A stretch of DNA of 64,000 nt from the NCBI GenBank assembly GCA_041744215.1, contig JBGTLG010000032.1, forward strand, positions 1 through 64,000, given 5' to 3'. Position 1 is the stretch's first letter; each line of letters opens with the position of its first letter. The position numbers and the translations under genes are program-made. This stretch comes from Fimbriimonadales bacterium. Lineage in GTDB: Bacteria > Armatimonadota > Fimbriimonadia > Fimbriimonadales > ATM1. Below, one piece after another: positions 18,902 to 28,324 of this stretch. The notes beneath the pieces are model-generated. The model had not been told where the DNA came from. It searched no databases and worked only from the letters and a program-made list of their open reading frames with translations.

Positions 18902-20932
18902 TCAGTTCCCGTCACGCCTCGTCAAATAGGTTTCAACTGGAACGGAGCGCCACTGCTGTGTCCAATTCTCGTGGAGTCGCAATCGTTCTGCAAGAGCTGC
19001 GGGAGTGTTGCCCGGCACATCTTCTTTCGTTGACGAATTCCAAATGACTCGTGCTCGCAACGACGTGCCGCTGATGCCTCGCACCGCGTAACCGTACGTC
19101 GCGTAATCGAGGAAAGACGCGTTCAGGTCGATATCCCTGATGTCGATGAAGCCGTAGTTTGTGTTAGGAAATGGATCGCCGGCGCGAATGGGTCGCACCA
19201 TGAAATCTTGATCGCGAATCACGCGGATGTTGTTCGCGCCATCCCGATACCAGAGCTCGCGCACAGCGACCTTGCTGCCGATATCCGCGGGCGGGAAGTA
19301 GATGCGGGTTGCGAGGCCGATGCCATCCACCGGGTTCCATGCGTACGCCTGACCCACGGAGAGCGGCAACCCAAAGATCACGCTGTAACGACTTGGCGAT
19401 TTGAAAACTTGGACTGCCCAGTCGTTGTGAGCTTGATAGAAGACTCTGAAGTTCCGTCCTGCAGGATCGACTCCGAGAATCGGCAGTTGGCCTGTTCCCA
19501 CAGGCAAAATCGTGAGGCCGAGCTGACTCAGTTCAGGATCGTTTGAGCCCGGTCCGGCGAGCGCAACCGTGCCGCGAAGGTAGTCGACTTTGTAAGAACG
19601 TCCCTGCGAAGGGTCTGTAGGATCCACGAATGGGAGTACCACTCCTCCGGTATCCATGTCGACGAGCAGCACGTCTTGTGTCGTCGTGAATCCGCCCAAG
19701 CCATCCGGAATCGGAAAGTCGAGACCCCGGTGCCGTCGGTTGTCGTTCTCAATCGAGTCGAACGATTTCAACCTTTCGAGAGGAAGCTTGTGAAGTGTTG
19801 CGCGTGGGCCAAGGTTGAGCACGCCTCGGTCGCCGCGAAAATCATCGCGCAAGATGTGCCAGTTGTAAACGTCGTAGTTGACAAGCGCGCGCAGTGGCTG
19901 GCGATTGCCGCGACGCCGTTCGACGTAATCGTATCCCGCGGGGTTGAACAAGATCATTCCGAGCGTCGGGCTTAGCAGTTTGTACTCGTATGGATACGCG
20001 GGCGTGAAGCCGGCAGCGTCTGGCAGTCGATCAAAGAGCCGATTGCACTCGACGGAGAAGTCGACCATTTCGATCCAATCAGCAGGATTCCCCGCGGCGG
20101 CGCGCATATCGAACGGATACACTTCGTTGTTCGCGGAATCGTAAAACGCTTCGAGCGGGTTGCCGCCCATCGGTGTTTCGGTGACCGTCAGCACCATATC
20201 GATCACGTCGACTTTGCGATAACCGTAGGTGGGGTCATTCGCCCAATAGGAGAAGTTAACTCTAAAGCTAACAGCGCGCCCCGGGGTACCGGGCAGCCAG
20301 ATTTGGCTGTTGTCTTCGTCGTGCCTAAACTGCCAGAAATCGAAGTTTCGAATCGGATCGCCAATATCCCGGAAGACTCTGCGCCCCTCCATTGCATTGC
20401 CGTAGACTAGGAGAAGGCTTGGGTTGTCGACAATGGGACCGAAATTGAGCGTTCGAAGACCGCCGAAGTAACTGCCGACTGGCCTCGGAGCGGGAATCTT
20501 TCCTCCCTCTCCAATGACTCTGCGGAATCGGTTGGCATCGTTGTAGTAGCGATAGAAGATTTCGGTATCCGTTCCGCCCGGGTTCGTGATAACGATGTTG
20601 CCGTTCTCAAGCATGACGCTATCGCCGGGGCCGAGATCGTCTTGGCGCGAGTCAGGATCGGAAACGATTTGCAGCACCCAACTGCCACCGATAAACTGGT
20701 AAACGTAGCGCACCGCGAGGATTTGCTCAGGCAGATCGGCGGCTTGGGCCTCTAGTCTTTCGACCTCTCCGCGTGCGAGTCGCTGTGCCGTCGCGTACTC
20801 TCCGGTTACGCGCAACGAAACGAATCCACGCGGGTAGATGCGAATGACCGTCAAGATGCCGACCGCCAAAATGACGATCGTTACTAACACCTCGATGAGG
20901 CTGAATGCTCGTCGTAGCTTCTGCCTATTCAT
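18902..20932 (-). CDS. Giant PilV-like minor pilin (~676 aa)
   Basis: RRA|FSLIEVLVTIVILAVGIL; A-x-x-LARGEVERL PilV-like helix; alternative start 20992. Confidence 0.85.
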   Translation of the reverse strand: MNRQKLRRAFSLIEVLVTIVILAVGILTVIRIYPRGFVSLRVTGEYATAQRLARGEVERLEAQAADLPEQILAVRYVYQFIGGSWVLQIVSDPDSRQDDLGPGDSVMLENGNIVITNPGGTDTEIFYRYYNDANRFRRVIGEGGKIPAPRPVGSYFGGLRTLNFGPIVDNPSLLLVYGNAMEGRRVFRDIGDPIRNFDFWQFRHDEDNSQIWLPGTPGRAVSFRVNFSYWANDPTYGYRKVDVIDMVLTVTETPMGGNPLEAFYDSANNEVYPFDMRAAAGNPADWIEMVDFSVECNRLFDRLPDAAGFTPAYPYEYKLLSPTLGMILFNPAGYDYVERRRGNRQPLRALVNYDVYNWHILRDDFRGDRGVLNLGPRATLHKLPLERLKSFDSIENDNRRHRGLDFPIPDGLGGFTTTQDVLLVDMDTGGVVLPFVDPTDPSQGRSYKVDYLRGTVALAGPGSNDPELSQLGLTILPVGTGQLPILGVDPAGRNFRVFYQAHNDWAVQVFKSPSRYSVIFGLPLSVGQAYAWNPVDGIGLATRIYFPPADIGSKVAVRELWYRDGANNIRVIRDQDFMVRPIRAGDPFPNTNYGFIDIRDIDLNASFLDYATYGYAVRGISGTSLRARVIWNSSTKEDVPGNTPAALAERLRLHENWTQQWRSVPVETYLTRRDGN

Positions 20933-20998
20933 GGTCTGCTGCACTCCTGCTCGTATCCGGCCTACTCGTGTAGACAGAAAATCGTTGGTCATCGACCC

Positions 20999-21805
20999 CT
21001 ACTGTCCTACCGCGAAAGATCTTTCGTATACGTCGACCGAGTCCACACTGCGCACGTTGCCGCTCAGGTAGAGGACGATGTCAGTTCGCTCTCGCAGGGG
21101 AATCGGTGAGGGTCCTTGAGAATATCGACGGTAGTAAGTGTTCCAGGTCACGACCGTCGTGTCTGCGGGCGGGTCGTTGTAGCCGAGTTGCCTTTTGTCG
21201 TCGTTGGGTCCGCCGCCAAGTTGTCCTTCTTGGGTCCAGAACAAAATGTAGCGAAGCTCGAATCTTGGCTGCGCGCCGAAGCATCCAGCTCCGCGTACTG
21301 GCTGAATGTCCATCGAATCAAACGCGTAGAACCGAACCGGGTCGGTAACTGCGTCTCCATTGATCGCGATTGGGTTGACCCCAAGGTGCTCGTAAGTGAC
21401 GACCGTTGCGGGGCCGAACGCCTGAATTGGGTTTTGGCTATTGCTGGGCCAGCACGCTGCGACCTGGAGGGTCCTCGTGCTCTGATTCAAAACCGAGGTG
21501 AAGGACTCGGAGTCCTTGAGTCGGCTCGGAAAGAGGTAGGCCCTCTTGAGCTGGTTGACGCTCCGGTCCTGGTTGAGGACGGGGTCGTACTCCGCGCAAT
21601 TGAGGAGCATCGGCGGGAAACCGCCTTGGTCATTGCGGTACGCGAGGAGTGCCTGGCTGACCGAGGACATCCTGCTGATGTCCGTCGTTCGCTTGGCCGC
21701 TACCTTTGCACGTGCGAATACCGGAAAAAGAATAGCCGTCAAGATCGCGATGATCGCGATCACGGTGAGTAGCTCAACGAGCGTAAAACCAACTCTGCGC
21801 TTCAT
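20999..21805 (-). CDS. Prepilin-type N-methylation domain protein (268 aa)
   Basis: RVG|FTLVELLTVIAIIAILTAILFPVFARAK; GGAGG RBS. Confidence 0.9.
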   Translation of the reverse strand: MKRRVGFTLVELLTVIAIIAILTAILFPVFARAKVAAKRTTDISRMSSVSQALLAYRNDQGGFPPMLLNCAEYDPVLNQDRSVNQLKRAYLFPSRLKDSESFTSVLNQSTRTLQVAACWPSNSQNPIQAFGPATVVTYEHLGVNPIAINGDAVTDPVRFYAFDSMDIQPVRGAGCFGAQPRFELRYILFWTQEGQLGGGPNDDKRQLGYNDPPADTTVVTWNTYYRRYSQGPSPIPLRERTDIVLYLSGNVRSVDSVDVYERSFAVGQ

Positions 21806-21833
21806 GAAATGCCTCCGCGGATGCTGAATATAG

Positions 21834-21859
21834 GACGGGGCGGTTCCCTCCGTTGTTCC
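21834..21859 (-). promoter_or_regulatory. ECF-type promoter GGAAC-N17-CGTC upstream of the minor pilin cassette
   Basis: Minus strand GGAAC aacggagggaaccgccc CGTC. Confidence 0.55.
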
Positions 21860-21868
21860 CGCTGAAAG

Positions 21869-22891
21869 TTACCCGGTCGCCCATTTCCAATAAATGTCGA
21901 CCAGGCGCACTAGCGGAATTTGGAAGTATGCCGCGAAAAGGGCTCCAAGTGCCAGATAGGGGCCAAATGGAATCGTCGTTATCGTGGGCTGCCAGTCATC
22001 CTCCGCATCCTCAACGGCGGCCGGTTCTTCTCCAAACCACCACTTTTCGAGCTTGGGGACGATCTGGCCGATCGCGTCGATCGCGAGCAGGTAGCCCAAG
22101 CCGCACCAAAGGAGGCTCCTTATCGACTCCGGTGGCTCCTCTTTGAAATCCCCGTCGTCGCTCTCTGGCTCCGGCTCCCGCTTTCTGAACAGAACCTGGA
22201 TGCCCCCCAAGACTGCCCCGACGACGACAGCCAGCCCGAAGGACAGCAGCGCGGGGGCGACAAATAGGACTGCGCCGATACCTCTCGCCATCTTGATATC
22301 GCCATGTCCCATCGCGTCCCTTCCGAAGAGCAGCCTCCCAAGGAAGGCGACTCCCCAGAGCGCGAGTACTCCGGCGACTGCGCCCAGGATCGATGATGGG
22401 ATAGCGAGGCCGCCGACTCTTGTGAAGGCGTTTGGATCTCCCACCGAAACCAGCCAGGCGTTGTAGGCGAGTCCCAAGACGAGCATCCATGCGTTGATCG
22501 AGTCCGGGATGATGTACCAGGCGAGGTCGATGAAGATCGCCGCGACAAGGCAGGAGCCGAAAAAGGCGAGGACCGCAAACCTAACCGGGTCGTCGCCAGC
22601 GATGAGATACTGCCACCAAAATCCCGCCCACACGACCCCGGTGAGAACTTCCACCCAGAAGTACCTCCACGACACCGGCTTCTTGCAGTGCCTGCACTTC
22701 TGGCCGCTCAGCAGAAAGCTGAGGAGGGGAAAGAGGTCAAGCAGGCCGAGCCTGTGCTCACAGTTTGGGCAGTGCGAGGGGGGCTGCCATAGGGACATCC
22801 CCTTGGGGAGGCGGTAGATGACCACATTCAGGAAACTGCCAATGGCAGCGCCGATGTAGAAGCCGACGACGACGGTCCACTCGGGGAACAT
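21869..22891 (-). CDS. pilD: Prepilin peptidase/N-methyltransferase PilD
   Basis: GSFLNVVIYRLP, SHCPNC..KCRHC, FIDL, MGHGDIK, IPFGPYL. Confidence 0.95.
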   Translation of the reverse strand: MFPEWTVVVGFYIGAAIGSFLNVVIYRLPKGMSLWQPPSHCPNCEHRLGLLDLFPLLSFLLSGQKCRHCKKPVSWRYFWVEVLTGVVWAGFWWQYLIAGDDPVRFAVLAFFGSCLVAAIFIDLAWYIIPDSINAWMLVLGLAYNAWLVSVGDPNAFTRVGGLAIPSSILGAVAGVLALWGVAFLGRLLFGRDAMGHGDIKMARGIGAVLFVAPALLSFGLAVVVGAVLGGIQVLFRKREPEPESDDGDFKEEPPESIRSLLWCGLGYLLAIDAIGQIVPKLEKWWFGEEPAAVEDAEDDWQPTITTIPFGPYLALGALFAAYFQIPLVRLVDIYWKWATG

Positions 22892-22986
22892 TCGAAGTTA
22901 GTGACGGAGCAGGCGCCCGCGAGGTGTCAAACCAGAAGCCGCGGCGACCAACTCGAGACCGTTTGGTTGATAAACAATAGCAAAGT

Positions 22987-23019
22987 GAATCGCCCAGCCG
23001 AGACATGGCTGGGCGATTC
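22987..23019 (-). terminator. Hairpin/intrinsic terminator after pilC
   Basis: 13-bp stem GAATCGCCCAGCC/GGCTGGGCGATTC followed by a T-rich tract on the minus strand. Confidence 0.65.
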
Positions 23020-23038
23020 TATTTGGAGCACGTCAGGA

Positions 23039-24265
23039 TCAATCTTGGAGCGCGTCTCCGGCGGACAGCTGCGTGATGGCGTCAACCAGCGGCATAAACA
23101 TCGCAATGACGATGAAGCCGACGACGAATCCGAGAATGACGATCAGTAGCGGCTCCAACGCCGCTGTGAGCGAGGCAAGCGTCGATTCGACTTCGCCTTC
23201 GTAGAAGTCGGCGATTTTCTGGAGCATGAAGTCGAGAGATCCTGATTCTTCTCCGACCGAGATCATATGAACGACCATCGGCGGGAACTGACGGCTTCGC
23301 TCAAGCGGGTCGCCGATTCGGTCGCCTTCTCGGATCCTTGCTCGCGCTTCGAGAACGGCGTCAGCGATGATGTGGTTGCCGACCGTGCCCGCCACTGTCT
23401 CCATTGCCTGAAGGATCGGAACGCCCGATGTGAGAAGCGTGCCGAGCGTACGGCTGAACCTGGCGAGGCAGATCTTGTGGTGGAGCTTGCCGAACACCGG
23501 CAGCTTCAGCTTGATTCGATCAGCGACTCGCCGCCCGAACTGCGTACTCACGAAGGCCTTGTAGATGACGATGATCAATATCAGGCCGGCGATTCCGTAG
23601 TACCACTTAGTCGTGATGAAGTTGGATATGTCGATGAGCAGCTGCGTTGCTGCGGGAAAGTCCTTGATTCCGAGGTCTTTGAAGACCTCAATGAACTGCG
23701 GGATGATGTAGCTGACCAGGAACAGCACGATCGCGAGTGCGATGATGAGAACGAGAATCGGGTAGGTGACCGCGGCTTTGATCTTCCTTCGAAGCTCCAC
23801 GTCTTTCTCCAAGAAGTGCGAAAGCCTCTGGAGCGATTCTTCCAACACACCGCCAACTTCTCCAGCGCGTACCAGTCCGATGAAGAGGTTGCTGAAGGTG
23901 CGCGGGTGTCGCTGCATTGCGCGGCTGAGGGACTCGCCTCCTTCAACTCTCTCCGAAATGTCTGCGAGGATCTTGCGGAGTTTTGGATCGTCTGTTTGCT
24001 GGCCAAGGACGTCGAGACAGCGAACCAGCGAGACGCCAGCGTCAACCATCGTCGAGAACTGACGACAGAACAGCGCCAGCTTTCCGAGCTTGACCCTGCC
24101 GTAGGTTCTGGCCTTCGCGCGCTTGGCGCGAATCATTTCGACTTCGAGGACTTGCATCCCCTGCTCGTCGAATCTCTGCCTTAGAAGTTCTTCGCTATCC
24201 GCTTCCGCCGTGCCTTTCTGAACGGCTCCTGACGGGTCTCTGAATGAATAACTAAAGACTGGCAT
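23039..24265 (-). CDS. pilC: Type IV pilus platform protein PilC (GspF family)
   Basis: FCRQFSTMVDAGV, GEVGGVL, TYP, GEESGSL, AMFMP. Confidence 0.95.
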   Translation of the reverse strand: MPVFSYSFRDPSGAVQKGTAEADSEELLRQRFDEQGMQVLEVEMIRAKRAKARTYGRVKLGKLALFCRQFSTMVDAGVSLVRCLDVLGQQTDDPKLRKILADISERVEGGESLSRAMQRHPRTFSNLFIGLVRAGEVGGVLEESLQRLSHFLEKDVELRRKIKAAVTYPILVLIIALAIVLFLVSYIIPQFIEVFKDLGIKDFPAATQLLIDISNFITTKWYYGIAGLILIIVIYKAFVSTQFGRRVADRIKLKLPVFGKLHHKICLARFSRTLGTLLTSGVPILQAMETVAGTVGNHIIADAVLEARARIREGDRIGDPLERSRQFPPMVVHMISVGEESGSLDFMLQKIADFYEGEVESTLASLTAALEPLLIVILGFVVGFIVIAMFMPLVDAITQLSAGDALQD

Positions 24266-24276
24266 TGCTGGACTCC

Positions 24277-25467
24277 TTACCTACCCGGCGAGCTGGAGGT
24301 CGTTCCAGTCGTCGTGGGTGTGTTTATCATCTTCTTGAGTTCTTCGATGTTGATAGCTCTCGCCATAGCGTCTTCGAACGTGACGAACCCTTTCATGTAG
24401 AGATCGCGGAGGTTCTGGTCCATCGACTGCATACCATGAGCTCCGCTCGTCTGAATCATAGACGGGATCTGGTGAGTTTTGTTCTCCCGGACGAGGTTTC
24501 TGATGGCAGGTGTGGCGATCATCACCTCGATGGCGGGGATTCGGCCGGGGGCACCGGCTCGCGGCAGGAGCTGTTGGGAGACGACTGCCATGAGGTTATT
24601 GGCGAGCTGGATCCGGATCTGATCCTGCTGACCTGGGGGGAAGACGTCGATGATACGGTCAATCGATTCCGCTGCGTTGTTCGTGTGCAAGGTCGCGAAA
24701 ACGAGGTGTCCCGTTTCAGCTGCGGTGATCGCCAACGCGATGGTTTCTGTGTCGCGCATTTCTCCGACCAGGATCACGTCCGGGTCTTCGCGGAGGCACG
24801 CGCGGAGAGCGTTGCTGAAGGCGTGAGTGTCGTGACCAAGCTCGCGCTGGTTGATGATTGACAGGTTGTGAGTGTGCAAGTATTCAATCGGATCTTCGAT
24901 CGTGATGATGTGCTCTGCACGCGTACGGTTGATTTGGTTGACCATCGCCGCAAGCGTCGTCGACTTGCCGTGGCCGGTGGGTCCGGTGCAAAGGATTAGT
25001 CCACGAGGCTTCTTCGAAAGCTCTTCGAGAATTGGCGGCAAGTTGAGTTCCCTGACGGTCGGGATACGGTTCGGGATCAGTCGGAATGCGGCAGCGACCG
25101 CGCCTCGATCTCGATAGTAGTTGACGCGGAAGCGCGCTTTCTTTGGAAGCGAGTAGCTGAAGTCGAGCTCCAGGGTGCGTTCAAATCGCTCGATCTGCTC
25201 ATCGTTGATGATGGCGTAGAGCAGGCGGGCAGTGTCCGTCGGCGCTAGCTTTTCATAGTTGAGCCGGACCAGCTTGCCGTCGATTCGTATGATCGGCTCC
25301 GCGTCGTAACAGATGTGCAAGTCTGACGAGTTCTTCTCTACAACGATGTTGAGTAGCTCGTCGATGTGAAGGTCATCGATCTGCTGCGGGCGCGTTGACG
25401 CGCCTTCGTCTTCCGATGCAACAACCTCGACATACCCTGGCAATTCAAAAATCAGTTCAACTTCCAT
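24277..25467 (-). CDS. pilT: Retraction ATPase PilT
   Basis: GPTGHGKSTT, TIEDPIE, LREDPDVILVGEMRD, AIRNLVRE. Confidence 0.95.
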   Translation of the reverse strand: MEVELIFELPGYVEVVASEDEGASTRPQQIDDLHIDELLNIVVEKNSSDLHICYDAEPIIRIDGKLVRLNYEKLAPTDTARLLYAIINDEQIERFERTLELDFSYSLPKKARFRVNYYRDRGAVAAAFRLIPNRIPTVRELNLPPILEELSKKPRGLILCTGPTGHGKSTTLAAMVNQINRTRAEHIITIEDPIEYLHTHNLSIINQRELGHDTHAFSNALRACLREDPDVILVGEMRDTETIALAITAAETGHLVFATLHTNNAAESIDRIIDVFPPGQQDQIRIQLANNLMAVVSQQLLPRAGAPGRIPAIEVMIATPAIRNLVRENKTHQIPSMIQTSGAHGMQSMDQNLRDLYMKGFVTFEDAMARAINIEELKKMINTPTTTGTTSSSPGR

Positions 25468-25497
25468 CTTTTGTTCTCAGTTTTGCTTTCGTTATGG

Positions 25498-27279
25498 TTA
25501 GAAGCCGGCGGTGAAGACCACGCGCATGACTTCTTCAGGCGTCGTGACACCGGCGAGAATCTTGAGCAGCCCGTCTTCACGAAGTTCTTGCATTCCGTTC
25601 GACTTTGCAGCTTCTTTGATATCTCCGAGAGGAGCGCGGCGGACGACGAGTTCTGCGAGTTCTGCGTTCATTCGCATCAACTCGTAGACGCCAATTCGTC
25701 CCCGGAAGCCTGTGAATTTGCAGTTTTCGCAGCCTCTGCCACGGTAGAGCGTAACGGGCGCAGTCGGGTCCTCAACCTTGAAACCGAAGCGGCGCAGGTC
25801 TCCCTGCTGCACTTCATAAGGTTCCTTGCACTCGGAGCAGATCCTACGACCAAGCCTCTGTGCGAGAACACCGATCACCGTCGCGGAGATGAGGTAGGTT
25901 TCAACGCCCATATCCGCCATACGCACAACGGCCGACGGCGCGTCGTTTGTGTGAAGGGTGGAGAGAACCAAGTGTCCCGTCAGCGAGGCTTCGATCGCGA
26001 TTTCCGCCGTTTCCAAGTCTCGCATTTCACCGACCATGATGATGTCAGGGTCTTGGCGCAAGAAGTGACGCAGGGCGTTAGCGAACGACAAGCCCGCTTT
26101 TCGATTGACTTGGACTTGCGCGATTCCTGAAAGCTGATACTCAATCGGGTCCTCGATCGTGATGATGTTCTTCTCAATCGAATTCAGTTTGTTCAAAACC
26201 GAGTATTGGGTGGTCGTTTTGCCAGCGCCCGTCGGACCTGTCGATAGGAACATTCCGTTCGGCTGCGTGACCAGCTCGTCGATTTGCGCTTGGTTTTCTG
26301 CGGTAAAGCCGAGCTTCTCAAGCCCGATCATGATGCTCGATTTATCGAGAATACGCATAACGATCTTTTCGCCAAAGGGCGTTGGGATCGACGAAACGCG
26401 CATATCATAGTCTTTAGAGCCGCTGCGAATCTCGATACGGCCATCTTGGGGCAGTCGCCTTTCGGCGATGTTCATCTCCGCCATGATCTTATAGCGGCTC
26501 AAGAGCGGCGCCTGCAAGTTTTTCGGGATCGTCATCGCCTCGTGCAACACGCCGTCAATTCTGTACCGAACTCGAACGCCGCGCTGCTGGGGCTCAACGT
26601 GGATGTCTGATGCTCTGTCGGAGATCGCCTGTTGGATCAAAGCGTTGGCGAGCCGGATGATAGGCGCCTGCTCGGCAACTTGAGCGGCCGCAGCGTCATC
26701 GTCTTCAACGACGATGTCCCGGCTTGCTCCCGCTTCCGCGATTGCCTTGCTAATGTCGCCGCGCATATTCACCGCGGCCATCGTGCTTCCGCCACCTGCA
26801 ACGGCGCCGGCGGTCGAACCTGCGCCGTTTGTTTCCGCGCCTTGGCCTCCATAGTTGCGGCGAATCGCGTCTTCAATCGCTCCTCGAACTGCCAGGACGG
26901 GGACCACCCGACACCCGGATGCCAGTTGAACGTCGTCGATCGCCTGGAGGTTGTTCGTATTGGCCATCGCGAGGAACAGCGATAAGCCCTCCTTCTTGAA
27001 GGGAAGGACGGAGTTGTTCCTTGCGATCCGCTCTGGGACCACGTTGAGAGCGCTACTGTCGACTTGCTCATGGTCGAGGTCGACGAAGCGAACGCCAAGC
27101 TCCTGGGCCTGAGCCTCAACGACTTCCCGTTCGCCGACGAAGCCGAGGTCGAGCAGCACTCGACCGAGATCCGAAACCTTACTTTGCTCCTTGACCTTGA
27201 GGGCTTCCTCTAATTGGTCAGAGCTCAGATAGCCTTTCTCTATGAGATAGTCCGCTAAAGGCTTGCGTGAGATTGCCAT
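25498..27279 (-). CDS. pilB: Assembly ATPase PilB (GspE family)
   Basis: ASDIHVEP, RLPQDGR, GPTGAGKTT, LRQDPDIIMVGEMRD, CSEC..CENC zinc motif. Confidence 0.95.
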   Translation of the reverse strand: MAISRKPLADYLIEKGYLSSDQLEEALKVKEQSKVSDLGRVLLDLGFVGEREVVEAQAQELGVRFVDLDHEQVDSSALNVVPERIARNNSVLPFKKEGLSLFLAMANTNNLQAIDDVQLASGCRVVPVLAVRGAIEDAIRRNYGGQGAETNGAGSTAGAVAGGGSTMAAVNMRGDISKAIAEAGASRDIVVEDDDAAAAQVAEQAPIIRLANALIQQAISDRASDIHVEPQQRGVRVRYRIDGVLHEAMTIPKNLQAPLLSRYKIMAEMNIAERRLPQDGRIEIRSGSKDYDMRVSSIPTPFGEKIVMRILDKSSIMIGLEKLGFTAENQAQIDELVTQPNGMFLSTGPTGAGKTTTQYSVLNKLNSIEKNIITIEDPIEYQLSGIAQVQVNRKAGLSFANALRHFLRQDPDIIMVGEMRDLETAEIAIEASLTGHLVLSTLHTNDAPSAVVRMADMGVETYLISATVIGVLAQRLGRRICSECKEPYEVQQGDLRRFGFKVEDPTAPVTLYRGRGCENCKFTGFRGRIGVYELMRMNAELAELVVRRAPLGDIKEAAKSNGMQELREDGLLKILAGVTTPEEVMRVVFTAGF

Positions 27280-27392
27280 GTTGTCACACCACTCCTGCTC
27301 CGTGAGTCCTGCAATGTACCGGGCACTCAGGGGCCGTTAGGATACCTCTGTGCACAATACTGTCCGATTCACCCAAGGAGCGTTGGATTAGG

Positions 27393-27420
27393 AGACGCTG
27401 AGAAGTGTCTCAAAAGTTCA
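27393..27420 (-). promoter_or_regulatory. ECF-type promoter TGAACTT-N16-CGTCT upstream of pilB
   Basis: Minus strand TGAACTT ttgagacacttctcag CGTCT. Confidence 0.6.
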
Positions 27421-27464
27421 GTTTGAGGGTGACCGGTTGACCCAAGATTTCGTATAGGGTAACG

Positions 27465-28265
27465 ATGGTGGCTTTCTTTCTTCTTGCCGTCGCCCTTCAG
27501 GGCGGCACTCCGACGGTCTCGGGTGCCCACTGCACGGCGACTCTAATCGCCGACACCCCCAGCGTCACGCCCGGCGGAAAGTTCCGCGTTGGAGTTCTAT
27601 TCAAGATGGATCCTCACTGGCACATCTACTGGACGAATCCCGGGGACTCCGGCCTGGCCACATCGGTCAAGTGGGCAGAAGCGCCCGGGCTCGCTTTTGG
27701 GAAGCTGCAGTGGCCGGCCCCGAGACGGTTCACGGGTGGCGGCGCAGTCGGATACGGCTACGAAGGATCGACCGTGCTCTTCACGGAAGCGCGAGTTGCT
27801 GAGGACGCCAAGATCGGGTCCAAGGTGCGCATCGAGGCAGACGTTTCGTGGCTCGCCTGCGAAGAGGCCTGCATCCCGGGCGGCGGCCGGGTCTCGCTGG
27901 AACTGCCTGTCGCAAAATCGCCCGGGGTCGGCGGGAGTCCTGGCCGGAAGCAAATTGACGCTGTTTCGGGGTCAGTCCCCACCCATCTCGGAGGAGCGAC
28001 TGCCCGCAAGTCAGCGAACGGCTATTTGCTGACGCTGCCGCTCGATGCGGCAACGGCCAAATCTGCCTACTTCTTCCCTTCAGATGGGGAGGTGGTCTCC
28101 CATGGCGCGGATCAGCCGAAGAGCCGCACAGGGCAGCTGACCTTAACTCTGCCGAAAAGCGAATACGCCACCAGGGAACCTGAAGCCCTGGTTGGAGTAG
28201 TAGTAGTAACTGGCCAAGACACGAAAGTGAGGGCCTACCACGTCTCTGCCGAATTGACCGGCTGA
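27465..28265 (+). CDS. DsbD N-terminal-domain protein (disulfide interchange)
   Basis: WHIYWTNPGDSGLAT, WP-x-P-x-R, WLACEEACIP. Confidence 0.85.
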   Translation: MVAFFLLAVALQGGTPTVSGAHCTATLIADTPSVTPGGKFRVGVLFKMDPHWHIYWTNPGDSGLATSVKWAEAPGLAFGKLQWPAPRRFTGGGAVGYGYEGSTVLFTEARVAEDAKIGSKVRIEADVSWLACEEACIPGGGRVSLELPVAKSPGVGGSPGRKQIDAVSGSVPTHLGGATARKSANGYLLTLPLDAATAKSAYFFPSDGEVVSHGADQPKSRTGQLTLTLPKSEYATREPEALVGVVVVTGQDTKVRAYHVSAELTG

Positions 28266-28324
28266 TTTCTACGACGATGATATTGGACGACTCCGTGGCC
28301 AGGAGCTGCGGAAGGAGGAACTTG

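Noticed and set aside
2985-20932. RGD tripeptides in the giant proteins (four seen) as integrin-binding motifs
   Set aside because: A few are expected by chance in about 6,000 aa of Gly/Arg/Asp-rich sequence
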